A stretch of 64,000 nt of DNA from Carcharhinus amblyrhynchos. Its lineage: Eukaryota. Where the stretch lies: positions 42,904,001-42,968,000 of the forward strand of contig OZ336878.1 of the NCBI GenBank assembly GCA_965287045.1. Reading direction: 5' to 3'. The translations under genes were made by a program, and so were the position numbers. The notes beneath the pieces were generated by a model. That model was not told the origin of the DNA. It made no database searches and worked only from the letters and a program-made list of their open reading frames with translations. This document shows, one piece after another, positions 1 through 12,975 of this stretch; position 1 is the first letter of the stretch, and every line of letters starts with the position of its first letter.

Positions 1-127
1 GACTTCTTTTCTTGCCAATAGTATACTCTCAAATTGCACCTCCTTTATTTAACGAAGGCTCAAAAGTAAGTTTGTGCACTGTAAGGTCTACAATAATTAT
101 TTTTAGACCACAGGAAGATCAGCCTGT

Positions 128-232
128 TTTTTTTATTCATTCGTGGGATATGGGCATCACTGGCTGGCCAGCATTTATTGCCCATCCCTAAAGCCCTTGA
201 CAAGGTGCTGGTGAGCTGCCCTCTTGAATCAG
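128..232 (-). mobile_element. 3' end of a shark non-LTR retrotransposon (LINE tail fragment)
   Basis: Reverse complement reads ...caagggctttagggatgggcaataaatgctggccagccagtgatgcccatatcccacgaatgaataaaaaa. A diverged copy is on the + strand at 40738-40828. Confidence 0.7.
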
Positions 233-379
233 TCCGGTAGGTATCTGTTACTTCTCAGACAAAGAATGCCATCTTCCTATAACGGCTCAGTTATGTCTTG
301 CAAAATTTGCTAGGGGGAGTAAGGAGGTGGAAAATAGAAGCTAATTTTCACTGCACCAGGTTTGTCAAACAAAGACAGT

Positions 380-1100
380 GGGCAGAATTCTCCCATTTTG
401 AAACTAAGTCCCATGGTGGGGGTGGCAACATGAAGTATTTCCTACTGCGACAGCCAGTAGCAAAACGCAGCAAATCTTTTGGTCCCGACCTCATTAATCA
501 TGCATCCAGGCATGTTACACATATTTCATGAGGGGTCCAGCCTGATTGCCATGTAGTCCTCTGTCATGCCTGAGTGTCATATTGAACAAATGGCCAACAT
601 CACTGACCAAAAAATGGTGGACCTCACGAAAATGAACACAGACCTCCAGGAACACTGGAAGACGGACCCACTCCAGGACACCTAATCAGGAAGATCCAGC
701 TACAGATGCTTCACCAACCTACTGCTGTTGTGATCAGGAGTCCAGGCTTGCAGGCAGCCTCCACCCTGAACTCCAGAGGCAGCTCCAGGCATTGTTTGGA
801 TGAATCCCGACATTTGCATGCCATGTTTCTCCTAATGCATTACATGTCGGCGTGTTTTCCCACCGGCATCACGGAGAATCTGGTGTGAGGGTGTTGGGCC
901 TTCATCTATATCCCATTAACAGGATGCAAATGAGGTTCATGCCAGCCTCTGGCAGGTTTTCCGACCCGGCATGGCAAGCAACAGCGGAAGATCCTGCTGT
1001 AAATTCACGCCGACGGGAAAGCTATTTCTGGGCATCCTGCCACATTCTCCCACCATGCCTGCCATCAAACCCAGCGGCAGGACTTGGGAGAATTCCACCC
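380..1100. mobile_element. Non-autonomous DNA transposon (PIF/Harbinger-like MITE)
   Basis: TIRs GGGCAGAATTCTCCCA and TGGGAGAATTCCACCC. 3-bp TSD AGT at 377-379 and 1101-1103. No transposase. Confidence 0.75.
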
Positions 1101-4100
1101 AGTATCTTGAATGATTTTTATTCACAATGCTGCTTCAAAGTATTTTGCAGCAACTCATGTTCTTTTCTAGGCCTGTTTATGTCACTTTTCCCAAGTCCAG
1201 AATGCTCTTTGTAACCTCTCTGGAAACAGAGTCAAAATAGGTGAGTAAAAAAGTTCTTCTCATTTATGTTACTTCTGTAAAATTGGAGAAATAACATGTT
1301 TTATTTGATTTTATTTCTGCCTACAACAATGCTAGAGAAAAGAAGTGGCCTGCAAATGAATATTTTGACTTAGATTATTAAAAAAAATATAAAGAGAAAG
1401 TGACCAAAGAACACAGCACAGTAGATGAAGGATTTGGAAACACTGCAACAGTGGTAGAATATTTTGCCAATATCAACTTGAAAGAAAATTAATTTTAAAG
1501 GAGTAGACGATGAATTGATTCAAGACATGAATTACAGCATTGGCTCTTCTACTCCTGAGGTCTGAGTGTAAATCCAGTTTGGGAATGAGGGATGAATATC
1601 CACTGTTCCTGACAACTTTATAGCTATAACGTTAATGAATTGCTGGCTGACACAGAACTACCTCGATTGAGAAATATTTGCATTGAGAGTGGCAAGGAAG
1701 AGTGACAAGGAAGAGAATAGAAATTACCAGCTTGTGCTCAATAAACCAAACAAACCCTGCCTTTCTTTTTGACTTCCAAGTTTTGAGGTCATCTGTTGTA
1801 ATTAATCTACAATTGAGGAATTTTGCAGTATTTGGGAATACCCACCAGGCAAACTTACCCAGATTGTCAGACTTGTAACAAAAGCCATGACACAATTGTA
1901 AATGTTGAGGTGTAAACACAACATTTCTGGGTTTCAAAATCAAAAGCAGAACAGGAGAAGGGAGGAGAGGAAATTGTCAAGGCGACAACCCACAGACAAA
2001 GACCACAAGTAAAAGCAACTGAAATAAGTTACAAATTTATGGATTAAATTGACTTCTTACAGGGCAAATTACATATGTTTGCTATTGTGATCCATATCCT
2101 GTTATATGTTACATGGATTATACTACAATGATCAGAGGACATATTTGTTAGTGGTGCTCACTTGTATAGTACCATAACAATCCCTCTTTGTGCCAATATT
2201 TATGGAAAGCATAAACAAGCTGTGCCTTATTCAGAATGGTGTAAATACATTATCATGCAATGCACTGAACACACTAACTAACCAGGAATCTGTAATACTT
2301 TTACGATGGTTTGATGTGTTCAAGCGTTCAATTAATCATTTCAATAACTGATAGAGTATTCAATTACTAAAATAAGCATTTGGCACAGCCCAAGAACAAA
2401 GGCACTTTGCATTGGGAACGCTAAAAATTGTTGATTGCTACAAATAGCTAATTACTTCCAATGTGGGTCTGGGGTTAAGTAATTTTGAAATGAATAGCTG
2501 TCCATTTAGTCAATAACAGTTATGCCTGCAGTCCCCAGTTTGGAAAATAAAGTGTCCAACTGTTAATAGTCACAGGGTATTTTTCTTCCGGAGATCTCAT
2601 CAAATTCTTCAGCCAGCAAAAGAATTAAGTATCATGAAAAAGTACAGCATAAAAGGAAAACCTTCTTGTCAAACTGGGAAAAAAAAATTAAACAGAAACT
2701 AATAAGTGAGATGCTATTGGAAAAAATTATGGTCAAATGTCGTACAGCAAAACCATACTTGAATCATAGGTAATGATCCACTTCAGAACAATCACACCAC
2801 TGACTCACGTGATATATTCGCCAATGGTAATCACTAAACTCCTGATTCTTTGCAAATTAGGTTAACTGTCTGTTAGAAGCCTTGAAATACTGTGATTTTA
2901 GCCTTCCAGGAAAGGGTTAATTTCTAGCAGCTTCCCAACTTTTCAGGCTTGCTATCAAGAATGATTGGAAACAAAATCATAGCTCCCTGGCCACAGCGAA
3001 AAAAAAATGTACTTCAGGCATTTGAATAGGACTCAGAGAACAGAGGGGATGAAGGCCAGCTAGCAGAAATATTGGCTGTGTCAAGTTAGCTGGGAAGGTT
3101 CCAGGACCCTACATCTGCTTGGCAACGACTCAAAAAGAGATAGAGTTACTCCTTCGTTGGTGCAAAGCTTTCCCAGGCTACAATATATGAAAAACAGCTT
3201 TCTGTACATGATGGAAGAGCCCAGCAGCACTGCATCATACATATTAATCTCCCCATTCTTAAGCAGGGCTCACTGTCACATGATGCACTAAGTTTGCAAG
3301 CATCTACCACTGTCATGTCACATACTGTCCCAACATATGATCTGCCTCAGTTTTATAAACCGAGCATTTAACTTCTTAGACTTGAACACAAAAGACTCTT
3401 ACATAAATATACCTAAAAACATTGATTAAAAAACATTGACACTAACATATTCAAAAAGTGACCCTGCTTATCTTGCAAGTTAAAATTTAGCCCTCTCCCC
3501 AAACTTTTGTATTTTAAGAAAGAAAAAGGAATGTTGTTTATTGCAGAGCAGGGTTTGGAGGAATGGGACTTGATTGAAATATAACTGATCCAAATGTTAA
3601 AATCCTAAAAGCTCGTTAAATTGCAATCGTGCCTAGTTAGTTGGAGCACTGTGTATAACTTATAACCCCAATCCAAACACATTTCTGAGAAATCGAGTTG
3701 GGTTTCTCAATATTCAATCCTGTTTTAGGCTGATAAGCACTTCGTGAAGTGACCCAGGCACAAGACATAAGTTCACGCTTACAATTCTCTCAGACTCAGA
3801 AGGATAGAAAAAGAAAAGGATAATTCACCCAGAACTGCTCTATAACCAATCCTGGTTCGACAACTACATTGTAAGAGGCTTGGAAGGAGGGTTTCCATCT
3901 GCCCTTTCAGTAAGATTGGTAGTACAGCATAAAGTTGGTTGGAATTTTCCTTGCCTCTTTCCTTACACACTGCCTTTGTGAAAGCAGCAATTCATGATGA
4001 TGCGCAAGAACACAGGCGTTGGCAGCATTTATTTGTATGCGATTCAAAAAGAGTGTTGCAGCACAGTCTGATCCTGTCCTCACCAGATAACAATGAGAAC

Positions 4101-6308
4101 CTGACCCAATACTTTGCTTGAACTAGTTTATGTACACTGAGGCAAGTTGTGTTTCCAGCGCCACCACAGTCTAGTTGGACGAACCATAAATCAAATATTG
4201 AAGCTGTGATCTTCCAGGCCACTGTGGCTTCATATCACCAAATGCAGTGCATTGAACAAAGGAGTTAGCAGAACAGCCTTAGCTAGAATTATTAATATGG
4301 GTGAGATAGTTTGTAAAAGAATCATGCTTAGGTTAGACTATCATAAATAGATTCCAGTAGTATATTCAAAGTGTTTCACAGAGCTCCCGGTGTTTATATA
4401 ATGTTTGAATGACAAACCCACTCTAAAGTTGCACTGCTCAAAGTGCATGCAGCAATTACATAATTATGCCAACCTAACACTTTAATATTCCCCATGCACA
4501 TTTTGGTATAGAAATGCTAAAACCTGCTGCTTAAAAAAGCAAAAAGCAACAATTCAAATGAACAAACATTTAAGAAAAAACATGGATAGAAGCGTATGAT
4601 TGTATTCACATAGCAGAAGATTAACCAGGGGCAGGTTCAGACCCTAGTGGTACTATGTAAACAGTTCCCAATGTTTTAAAGTGCTTCAGACTATGCTAAG
4701 AAGAATACAATCTGATTCTACAAATATATCAAGGAACCGAACTGTATTCAATATCTGAGCTGCTCCTTTTATTAGTCTATGATATAGCTGGACCTGGAAA
4801 CCAGATCCAGCTGGACTAAACTTAATGCCTAACCCTATACAGGAGTGTAGGATGAGAAGATTGGATGGGGAGCAAAGGAATTTCTAATAGGAGGGGTTAA
4901 GATTTTTTTTAAACTATTCACTTCTGTGATAAGTTCATGAAATGGCAATATCCGTTTCATCTTACCCCCCGCTCCCATAATCTTCCAACATAAAAGAACT
5001 GCTCTGAAATCACTAGAGGCTCACAGTGGACAAGTGCAGTCCCTCATTATGACTTTGGATGGGTCTTTTTGAACAGCAGAAATACATTTTCAATAAGGGA
5101 TGGAAATGAGAGATTGGAAAGTTTTAGCAACAACAGTTTGAAAATTGGAACAAAATTGCCGTCATGCCAGCAGTAGTGTAAGTGCCACATAACTGCTCAA
5201 TTTATTAAACAGAGGCTGAACAGCATTCACACAAGGCTTTTATGACATATTTTGATTGCTTTGAAGCTGAACTACAGAAACTAACAAAGACAGATAATGC
5301 AACTTTAATTTCTTTAAAACGAGCTCTGTAAAGCTTCAATCAGCAGTTATTAGAGCAGGGCACAAACTGACTTCTTCAACTGTCTTCCCGCTGTCCTTTA
5401 GATATTTTAATTTTTTAAGAGGTCAATCAAAATGATGACGCCATCATTTATGTCAGCCAACCAATGTAAAATGATAATCCCGACAATATAGCTCACTGCA
5501 AGATTTCAAGTATTTTAATCATAAGAGATTAAATGAGTAAGCAACTAGCTCCATGGATGTTGGTACAGATAACTATTTTCAGGTCTGCGCACTATCAAAT
5601 TAAGCTGTGTATAATCTCCGCAGAGTTTGTTTTGATGGTACCCTTCAATCCACTTTGCTAGGTGTAATGGGGAGGCTAGTAGCTGCCAGGGTGATATTAA
5701 ATTCAGATAGGGTATATTCATGTGATAGTATGCATTAAGAAAACATTAGCTTAAGTCTCTACCCAGTAAGGAGTATCAATTTTCAAGATTAATCTTTATA
5801 CAGAAATATATCAAAGCCGCACAATGGCTTTGTTTCTCCATATGAGTGTTCTTAGTTAAAACAGTTTGCATTAACTCAGTAATACTGTCAAAAACATTCA
5901 CGCGCTGTGGGTTTTTTTTCACTGCCCTACTCTGGGAATTAAAGTAGTTTTAATTGACAGTATTCACAATAGTTTCAGAATAGAGCACTCCTATCTGTAT
6001 TAAAAGATAACACACAGCATCACCACAACAGGAGAGACCATTTCTGGCAAGAAAAGATCATTTATATTGGCAGATTAGGTTTCTGCTGAATAAGGGTATC
6101 ATTCTGTAGTTTAAAAACAGATTTGATTTAAAATACTATTAAACAAAAATCAAAAAACTGTGCCGTCCATTCTCATTTGTTTATCTGTCAAATTCACAAA
6201 AAACGCGGTGTTACTCAAGAACAAAACCAGCAGCTGCACTAAAGCAATTAGCTCTCCCTTTTCAAAAAAAAATTATTTTATGAGCAGGTTGAAAACGCGA
6301 GGACTCAC

Positions 6309-6407
6309 CATTAAAAAGGCTGGGCAAATCATTTTAAAAGTATCACAAGATAACCAACAATCTCAGTTAAATGGAACCTTATATAGGTATTTCCCCCAGA
6401 TGTCTGC
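6309..6407 (-). other. Candidate non-coding exon (99 nt) inside a CNE-like block
   Basis: Minus strand tgctttcttag|GCAGAC...TAATG|gtgagt. Stops in all three phases. Confidence 0.3.
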
Positions 6408-7814
6408 CTAAGAAAGCAATGCTTTGTTGCGGTCCTTCGTAGCCCATGGTGGTTGAGCTAGGAAGACGATGGGAGGGGTGACCCAAATCGTAATATAAGC
6501 GCTTTCATATAAATGCAAAAGGGGGAGGATTTCTTCTCTCACTCTGTGTTTTGGATATGAACATAGTAGGAAGATTTCTTCTGATCGCTATTCCAGATAA
6601 AATTGTAAACACACTCTTTGAGAATGTATTTACAATTTTTCTCCAAAATAACATAGAAAAAACCTTCCCATTATCATTCACTCAAATGGTGACTAGAATT
6701 CCTCCCTCTCCCTGCATGGTAATTGCCATCTTTTTTGTCTAAAAACTGACTGATATAAAAAAAAAAGCACTGTCCTATGATGGGAAAATAATTTGCTATA
6801 TAAACCGGCTAGCTACTCAACAGGCAAAAGATTAGCCAGTCCAGATTCGCATCCTGCAAACCTCGTCTTGAGTTGTCTACGTGATTGATATCTGTAATCT
6901 TACAGCAAAATAATTTTCCTGTGATGATACATAACATCTGAAATATTAAAAATTACAACTATATACACTGCGATGTAGACCAGTGGGGCAGTAGAATGAA
7001 AGCTCTCAAGATCTGGTACTGTATGAACAATGGCTGCAGTGCTGAATAAGTCATAATTATGTACAATTAATCTATTAATAATTGATGAGATTTCAAGTAA
7101 TTAAATATTTATTAATCACTTCTCAACCAAGGTAGTACCATTTCGGGCGAAGATGGTGAAATCTGTTCTTACCCTTTGGGCAGTCCAGCAGCATTATCAG
7201 ATCTGGCTCCTAAACCAGGTGGCCACATGCTGGCGTCCCTAGGCTATCAATTTAGATTTATCAAAGACCAGCAGTGAGTTGGGGTTATGGAATAGGAAAT
7301 TCCAAAGAGACTCCACTCTATACCAACTGCAACAAGCCAACTGGACTCCCATTAAATGTTTAAGTTCTTCTGATGGCTCAGCTGGTTAATGCTGTTGTCT
7401 AACCGGGGCTGCCCCAGGTGGATTAACTATAGTGTTCTGAATTAATCTATCTCAGCCGGGATGGTGGCAGTCATTATTTCCTTTCCTACTGCCTAACCTG
7501 GAACCCTTACCAGAAGTGGATGTGTGGGCTGGGAGGAAGGACATGGTCAGATTTGGCCAGGAAACTTCCAGTGGCAAAATAATATGCTGACACATATTAA
7601 GGCACTGACGCCCATTATTAAGAAGCAGACTTAAAGGGCAGTCATTTAGTTGTGGCGTAAGGGTAGTCAGCTGGGTAAGATGTCCGACGGCAAAGAATAT
7701 CATGCAGCTGTCCCCAAGAGAAAAATCAATGCCTTCAGGTAAGGAGGAAAACTTCCGTGGCTCTGAAATACTGTGGGGTTTTGATGTGTCTATTCTTTAA
7801 CTTCAGAGGATGGC

Positions 7815-8580
7815 CATAGGATGAAGAAACAGAAGTAAGCAATTCAGCCCAATGAGTTTGCTCAGCCAATGAGGTCATGACTGATTTGATATAATCCTCA
7901 ACTCCACTTTCCCACCATATCCCCATAACATTTGATTCCCTCACTGATCAAAACGTGTTTATCTCAGCCTTGATTATACTTAATGACCCAGCCTCTGCAT
8001 CCCTCTGCAGTAAAGAGGTCCACAGATTCGCTACCCTCAGAGAAGAAATTCCTCCTTATTTCTGTCTCAAATGGGTGACCCTTTACCCTGAGATTATGCC
8101 CTCTGGTCCTAGACTTGTCCACAAGGGGAGAAATCCTTGCAGCATCTACTCTGTCTAAGCTCCCAAAAATCCCAGAAGTCTCAATAAACTCCAATGAGAA
8201 CAAACTACTTAACAACTTCTCAGAAGAAAATCCCTCCATAGTGGGGTCAACCTAATGAACCTTCTGTGGACAGCCTCCAATGCCAGTACCACTTTCCTTG
8301 GATAAAGGGGCCAAAACTGTCCACAGTATTACAGGTGTGGTCTAACAAGTGCCTTGTTTAGCTTTAACAAGACTTCCTTACTTTTGTACTCCATTCCCTT
8401 TGAAATAAAGGCCAATGTTCCATTTGTTTTCCCAATTACTGGCTGGACTTGCATGCTAGCTTTTGTGATTTATCCACAAGGACCCCCAAATCCTTCTGTG
8501 CTGCAGCTTTCTGCAGTCTTTCTCCCTTTAAATAATAATCAACTATATTCTGCCAACCAAAGCACACCCGTCTATATCCC
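7815..8580 (-). mobile_element. CR1-clade LINE, 3' fragment (ORF2 C-terminus plus 3' UTR)
   Basis: ORF 7964-8239(-) contains SRTRGHNLRVKGHPFETEIRRNFFS, a typical CR1 ORF2 C-terminus. ORF 8436-8636 contains QKDLGVLV. Frameshifted. Confidence 0.85.
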
Positions 8581-8594
8581 TCTGTAGATTCTTT

Positions 8595-9523
8595 GGGTGG
8601 AATTCTCCTAATAATTTCTAACTGCCGTAGTGGCAAGAATAATAGTGATCTGTGCCGGTTTCTCAGGCATGCACCACAAACTCCCCCTTCACACAGACAC
8701 CTTTTTTTAGTGAGTTAAGAAGTTTGCGCAGGTACTGGGGTCTAAAATTGGTGGTGAGTCAGGCTTCAGAACATTTGGGTGCCGGTTCACAAGACCTAAT
8801 CTCGGAGTGTATCGAGAGACCCCTCCCTCCGTACCCTCCACAGACATCAGGATCCTCCTTCCTCTTCAGCAGCATGTTTCCCCATCCCGTACCTGACATG
8901 AGTGACTGGTATCGGGACTCTCCTGACCCCCAATATGCCGTACCATGAAGCCCCCTAATATGCTTCCCCCATCAAGACCGCCTCCCCAATCCACTCTGTA
9001 AAACCCATCAGACATCCCCCCCCCCCACCCCCCGTCATGGCCTCCACTCCCTCGGCACTGCCCCTGGCACACTGACAGTGCCAAACTGGCACCACCCAGG
9101 CTGTCTGGTGGCCACTGCATTGTTGTCTGGTAACCACTGTTCGGTATTGCTAGTGTGCCAGTTAAGCACTACCAGAATCAGGTGTGTATCGCCCTGCCCT
9201 GCCCTGCCACTGACCACCTGGGGTGTCAGTGGCCTCCGAATCCTGTGGCATGACCACTGTACCAGGTCTCCACTAGTGGAGACGGTAGTGATTCTCACCA
9301 TTATCGCATCATGCTGGAAGGCCAGTGAATCCTGTACGCTGGGATTTGATTGGGTACGCAAATTTAAATACTATTTTAAATATGTTAATCGGCATCATGC
9401 CTTTTCTGAGCATGATCCAGTTCACACAATTAGGAAGGGGCCAGAGACTTGCAAACTGCTTAGCGTCCGGTGCGAAACAGATTTTCAGGCCCACTTACTA
9501 GTCACTGAGATTGGTGCAATCTG
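8595..9523. mobile_element. Harbinger-like MITE, GC-rich, diverged
   Basis: Starts GGGTGGAATTCTCC, the same TIR type as the 380-1100 element. C-rich interior. Right end degenerate. Abuts the CR1 fragment. Confidence 0.55.
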
Positions 9524-9539
9524 CTAACAGCATGCCAAG

Positions 9540-10069
9540 GCCAGTGAATTGTCCCCTAAGTCCTAGAGTCCAGGAACTGATAATTGTGGGGATCTTGGGG
9601 CAAGGTGAGGTGGTGAGGACCAGGGGTTGGGCAGAATGCAGTTTACAGTGTTGGTGGCGTGGCCTGGAGATGGTGGGTTGGGTGAAGGGAGGCTGTGGAG
9701 CACCTGTGGCAGACAGATCTTATGAGGTGATGTGCCCAATGTTGGTAATGAGCCACTGATGGAGGCATTTCCTCCATTTTCCTCCCAGCCAAGGCCCGAG
9801 CAGAAACACTTTCCAGACTTCCCCTTGTTCCGTACCCCATCCCACCAACCTGAAAATTGAGGCTGAGCATGATTTGGCCTTTAAGTCATTAATTGACCAC
9901 TCAAGAGTCTCAATTGTGAAAGGATAGGCCAGGCTAAGCCTTGTCCATTTCACCTTAACATTGCAGAGGAGCCTGGGCGGGTGGGAGGGCAATTAAAAGG
10001 CCACCAGAGGAACTTTATAGTCTCCTCCGCTTGCAAACCAATGCATCAGCAGAATGCTAAATTCTGCCC
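9540..10069. mobile_element. Degenerate MITE remnant
   Basis: Ends in TIR-like AAATTCTGCCC. Internal ttaattgaccactcaagagtctcaattg palindrome-like motif. Left end unclear. Confidence 0.4.
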
Positions 10070-10829
10070 GTGAACATGCTCTCCATTACACAAAAATTCT
10101 GATATTAAAATAACAAAACTTTAGTCAAAGAACCAAATGTAACCCTAAGGGCCTAAATATACTAAACACAAGCATGTTGGTTCCCGTCCTTACTGAAATT
10201 CTCACCTTCGCTGAACTTTAAAAAAGTGAACAAATATCATTTTATCTTTCCTTTAGAATTAACAAAAGCAGGAATTTTGGCTTCGTAAAATATTTGCGAG
10301 CAAAGCCCAGCCTGTAAATTCAGCCAATATTGTTCCTGCCTAACATTCATGTCTGGCAGTCAGACCTGGCTAAATCTGATATACCAATGCTGTGTAGAGC
10401 CCCTGACAGTGTAGCAACATGTCTTGATGGTTATAATTTCACAAATAATCTCACTGCAACTTTCTTAATCCGCCACTCATTGATCAGTCACATACTGCCA
10501 TTTATTGATGAACAGGTTGCTGCTCTGCTGGCTTGTCTGAAGAGACTTGCATTCAAAGAGCAAGAATTGGCGGGAATTTATTCTTAATTTTTAAATTCTG
10601 TTATCCTGTTTCAACACAATTTGCAGCCTGAACAATTAGATTTTTAAAAGTTAACCTGCTGATAAACCATTGAAGTCCATCTCATAACTGAACTTCTTCC
10701 TAGGATTACATTGGACAAAAAAAAGGCACAAGTAAAATAAAAATATCATGGTCAGTTTTAAACTAAATGTTAATATTGGGGTTGGTTAGTGCATCTCTAG
10801 AATCTCAGGTTTAATCACACTAAGGTCGA

Positions 10830-10935
10830 TAAGAACAACTTGCATTTATCACCTCTCACAAAGCTGGAAAATCTCAAATTGCTTTGCAGACAATGAAGTC
10901 TTCTTTAAAAGTTTTCAAGTACTCAAGTAAGTCTG
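10830..10935 (-). mobile_element. L2-tailed SINE (SacSINE1-like) 3' fragment
   Basis: aacaacttgcattt... is the reverse complement of the L2-type tail (aaatgcaagttgtt) also seen at about 55830. Confidence 0.4.
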
Positions 10936-11178
10936 GAGAATTCACAATGTACTTCCTAATAGGTGACATACCCAGCAAAAATTGGCACCACAGCGACAGA
11001 CTCAGAGGCAGCATGCAAAAATTACTGACATGGAAACTAGAAAAGTTCAAGTTAAGGCATGTTGCTGAGGTACCATAGATGCGCACAACCTACTGTTAAC
11101 ACCGAGTAGAAAATTCCCAAAATACACGCTGACAATAAGTTTAATTTACATAAAGCTCTCAATCCCAGGAGCTCAAGT

Positions 11179-11486
11179 GGCACGCACCGCTGCTTCAGAG
11201 CGCCAGCGACCCAGGTTCGATTCCAGCCTTGGGTGACAGTCTGTGCGAAGTTTGCATATTTTCCACGTGTCTGCATCGGTTTCCTCTGGGTACTCCAATT
11301 TTCTCCCACAGTCCAAAGATGTGCAGGTTAGGTAGATTGGCCATACTAAATTGCCCCTTGGTGTCAGGGGGATTACTAGGGCAAATCCATGGGGTTATGG
11401 GGAGAGGGCCTGGGTGGGATTGTTGTCGGTGCAGGCTCAATGGGCCAAATGGCCTCTTTTTGCACTGTAGGAATTCTGTGATTCTA
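11179..11486 (+). mobile_element. HE1 SINE (tRNA-derived V-SINE)
   Basis: B-box GGTTCGATTCC, V-domain ...cccacagtccaaagatgtgcaggttagg..., HER1/CR1-like tail gggccaaatggcc...attcta. A-box region deleted. Confidence 0.9.
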
Positions 11487-12159
11487 AGTTAAGCACAAGT
11501 TGACTCTTTCCTTGCTGGATCAACAGCCTCCATTTTAAGATCATTTGAAGGGCACCATTAAACAGCAGACAAACTTTGGCATAGTCTCTGGGACAGCTCC
11601 CTCCAACATTTTAACTGAAAAGTCAGCAGTGCTGGTCAATAGGGTGAGTTCATGTGACATGTGAGATCAGCTGCAGTACAGAGCTCTGCAATGAAATTTC
11701 CCTCCTCCTAAGGTAGGCCCTGTGATGTCAATGCATGCACCTTCATTTACAAAACTGCTAACATGTCTTGGAAGACACATTAGCAAGTATCAATGGATTC
11801 TCTGAAGACAAACAGAGGCTGGCTAAGTTCCCACTTGCCACTGGAAGGGATGAGAGCTTTGGCGTAGCTGCAGGCCAAGGCGGGATGAAAAGAGTTAAGG
11901 AACAATTCATGATCAAATGTAAACAGACTATTCGGCACAGCTTGTTTATGGATAACTACTGGACCCGTTCACTTCCATTTCAAACCAGCCCCAAAGAATT
12001 TCTGCTTCATGTTTGAGAAGTAGAGATTGACTGTACATTTTCGGAGAATGAACAGAGCAGAAAAATTAAAATTCAGACTGAAACTGACCAAAATATTTCA
12101 ATGTATTCAATGTCAATGGATTTTGATTTAGTTTCACGGCATTATGCTTCAGCTCCCCC

Positions 12160-12885
12160 TCATAGAGAACGAGAAAGCTTTATTGTTAAATAAAATTACA
12201 AAATACATCCCATTTTATAAACTTTTACCAAACAGTTTAACAAAAATAAATTTCAATATGCTTTTAAATGTCAGCACAATATATACCAGGCATTATAGCA
12301 GACACAATTTTGGAATATATATATTTTTTAAAATAGCAATGACAACAATGCAGTTTATCAAAATATTTTCTTTAAAAGCATGTCAGCTGAACCTGCTTCC
12401 CATTTTCACAGCAGAGACATATGTCTTTATGCCAAAATATCATCTCCCGATTTTGTTTGTCAATTTGGAAGAAGTGGTTTTTAATTTCTCATTCAGAACT
12501 GTAATTGAGGTTGTTTGTAGGCCCCTGCGAATAATACTCTACATATACCATCCACTGAGCAAAAGGATCACTTGATTTCATTAAGCTCACTACCCAAAAT
12601 GTTGGTGTTAAATCAATAAAAGAAATAAATTCCCAAACCACAATGGACATTTTTTTTTAATTTAAAGACCCCAAATAAGTCTCCAATTTTTAATGAAGCA
12701 TAAGTTTGCAACATCAAATATCATGTTGGCAGCGAGACTGTAACAGTACCGCAGGGTCTTCCGACAGCTGAGTGTTATCTGTCCTTCCACACACACCCTC
12801 TTCATCTCTCTTTCTTCCTGGCCCACATTCACACTCTCCAGATGGACCATCAGTTTCATACCCATGCCAACATCATCAAGAACAG
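12160..12885 (-). other. Candidate 3'-terminal exon of a minus-strand transcript, possibly an alternative last exon of SEM1 (DSS1/SHFM1); identity unverified
   Basis: Minus strand: branch-like tacttaat, pyrimidine tract tctttgtttttccc, first AG at 12886-12887, then a long AU-rich UTR-like tract and AATAAA at 12179-12184. Patchy multi-frame resemblance to a remembered human SEM1 isoform tail. Confidence 0.4.
12179..12184 (-). terminator. Candidate polyadenylation signal AATAAA
   Basis: tttatt on the + strand at the distal end of the UTR-like block. Confidence 0.35.
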
Positions 12886-12944
12886 CTTGCACGATGTTTG
12901 GGAAAAACAAAGATGATAGATTAAGTATCAGATGTGATGCCGGA

Positions 12945-12975
12945 GTGGTGTGTGTGTGTGTGTGTCTGTCTGTCT
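12945..12975. repeat. (GT)n/(GTCT)n microsatellite
   Basis: gtggtgtgtgtgtgtgtgtgtctgtctgtct. Confidence 0.9.

Noticed and set aside
1540-1615. Possible LF-SINE-like head fragment
   Set aside because: Too short and too diverged to support by eye.
9035-9527. Overlapping 108-149 aa ORFs
   Set aside because: They lie inside a GC-rich MITE and show no transposase motifs.
12144-12575. 143-aa + strand ORF
   Set aside because: AT-rich I/F/L/K-biased composition, antisense to a UTR-like tract. Likely a chance ORF.
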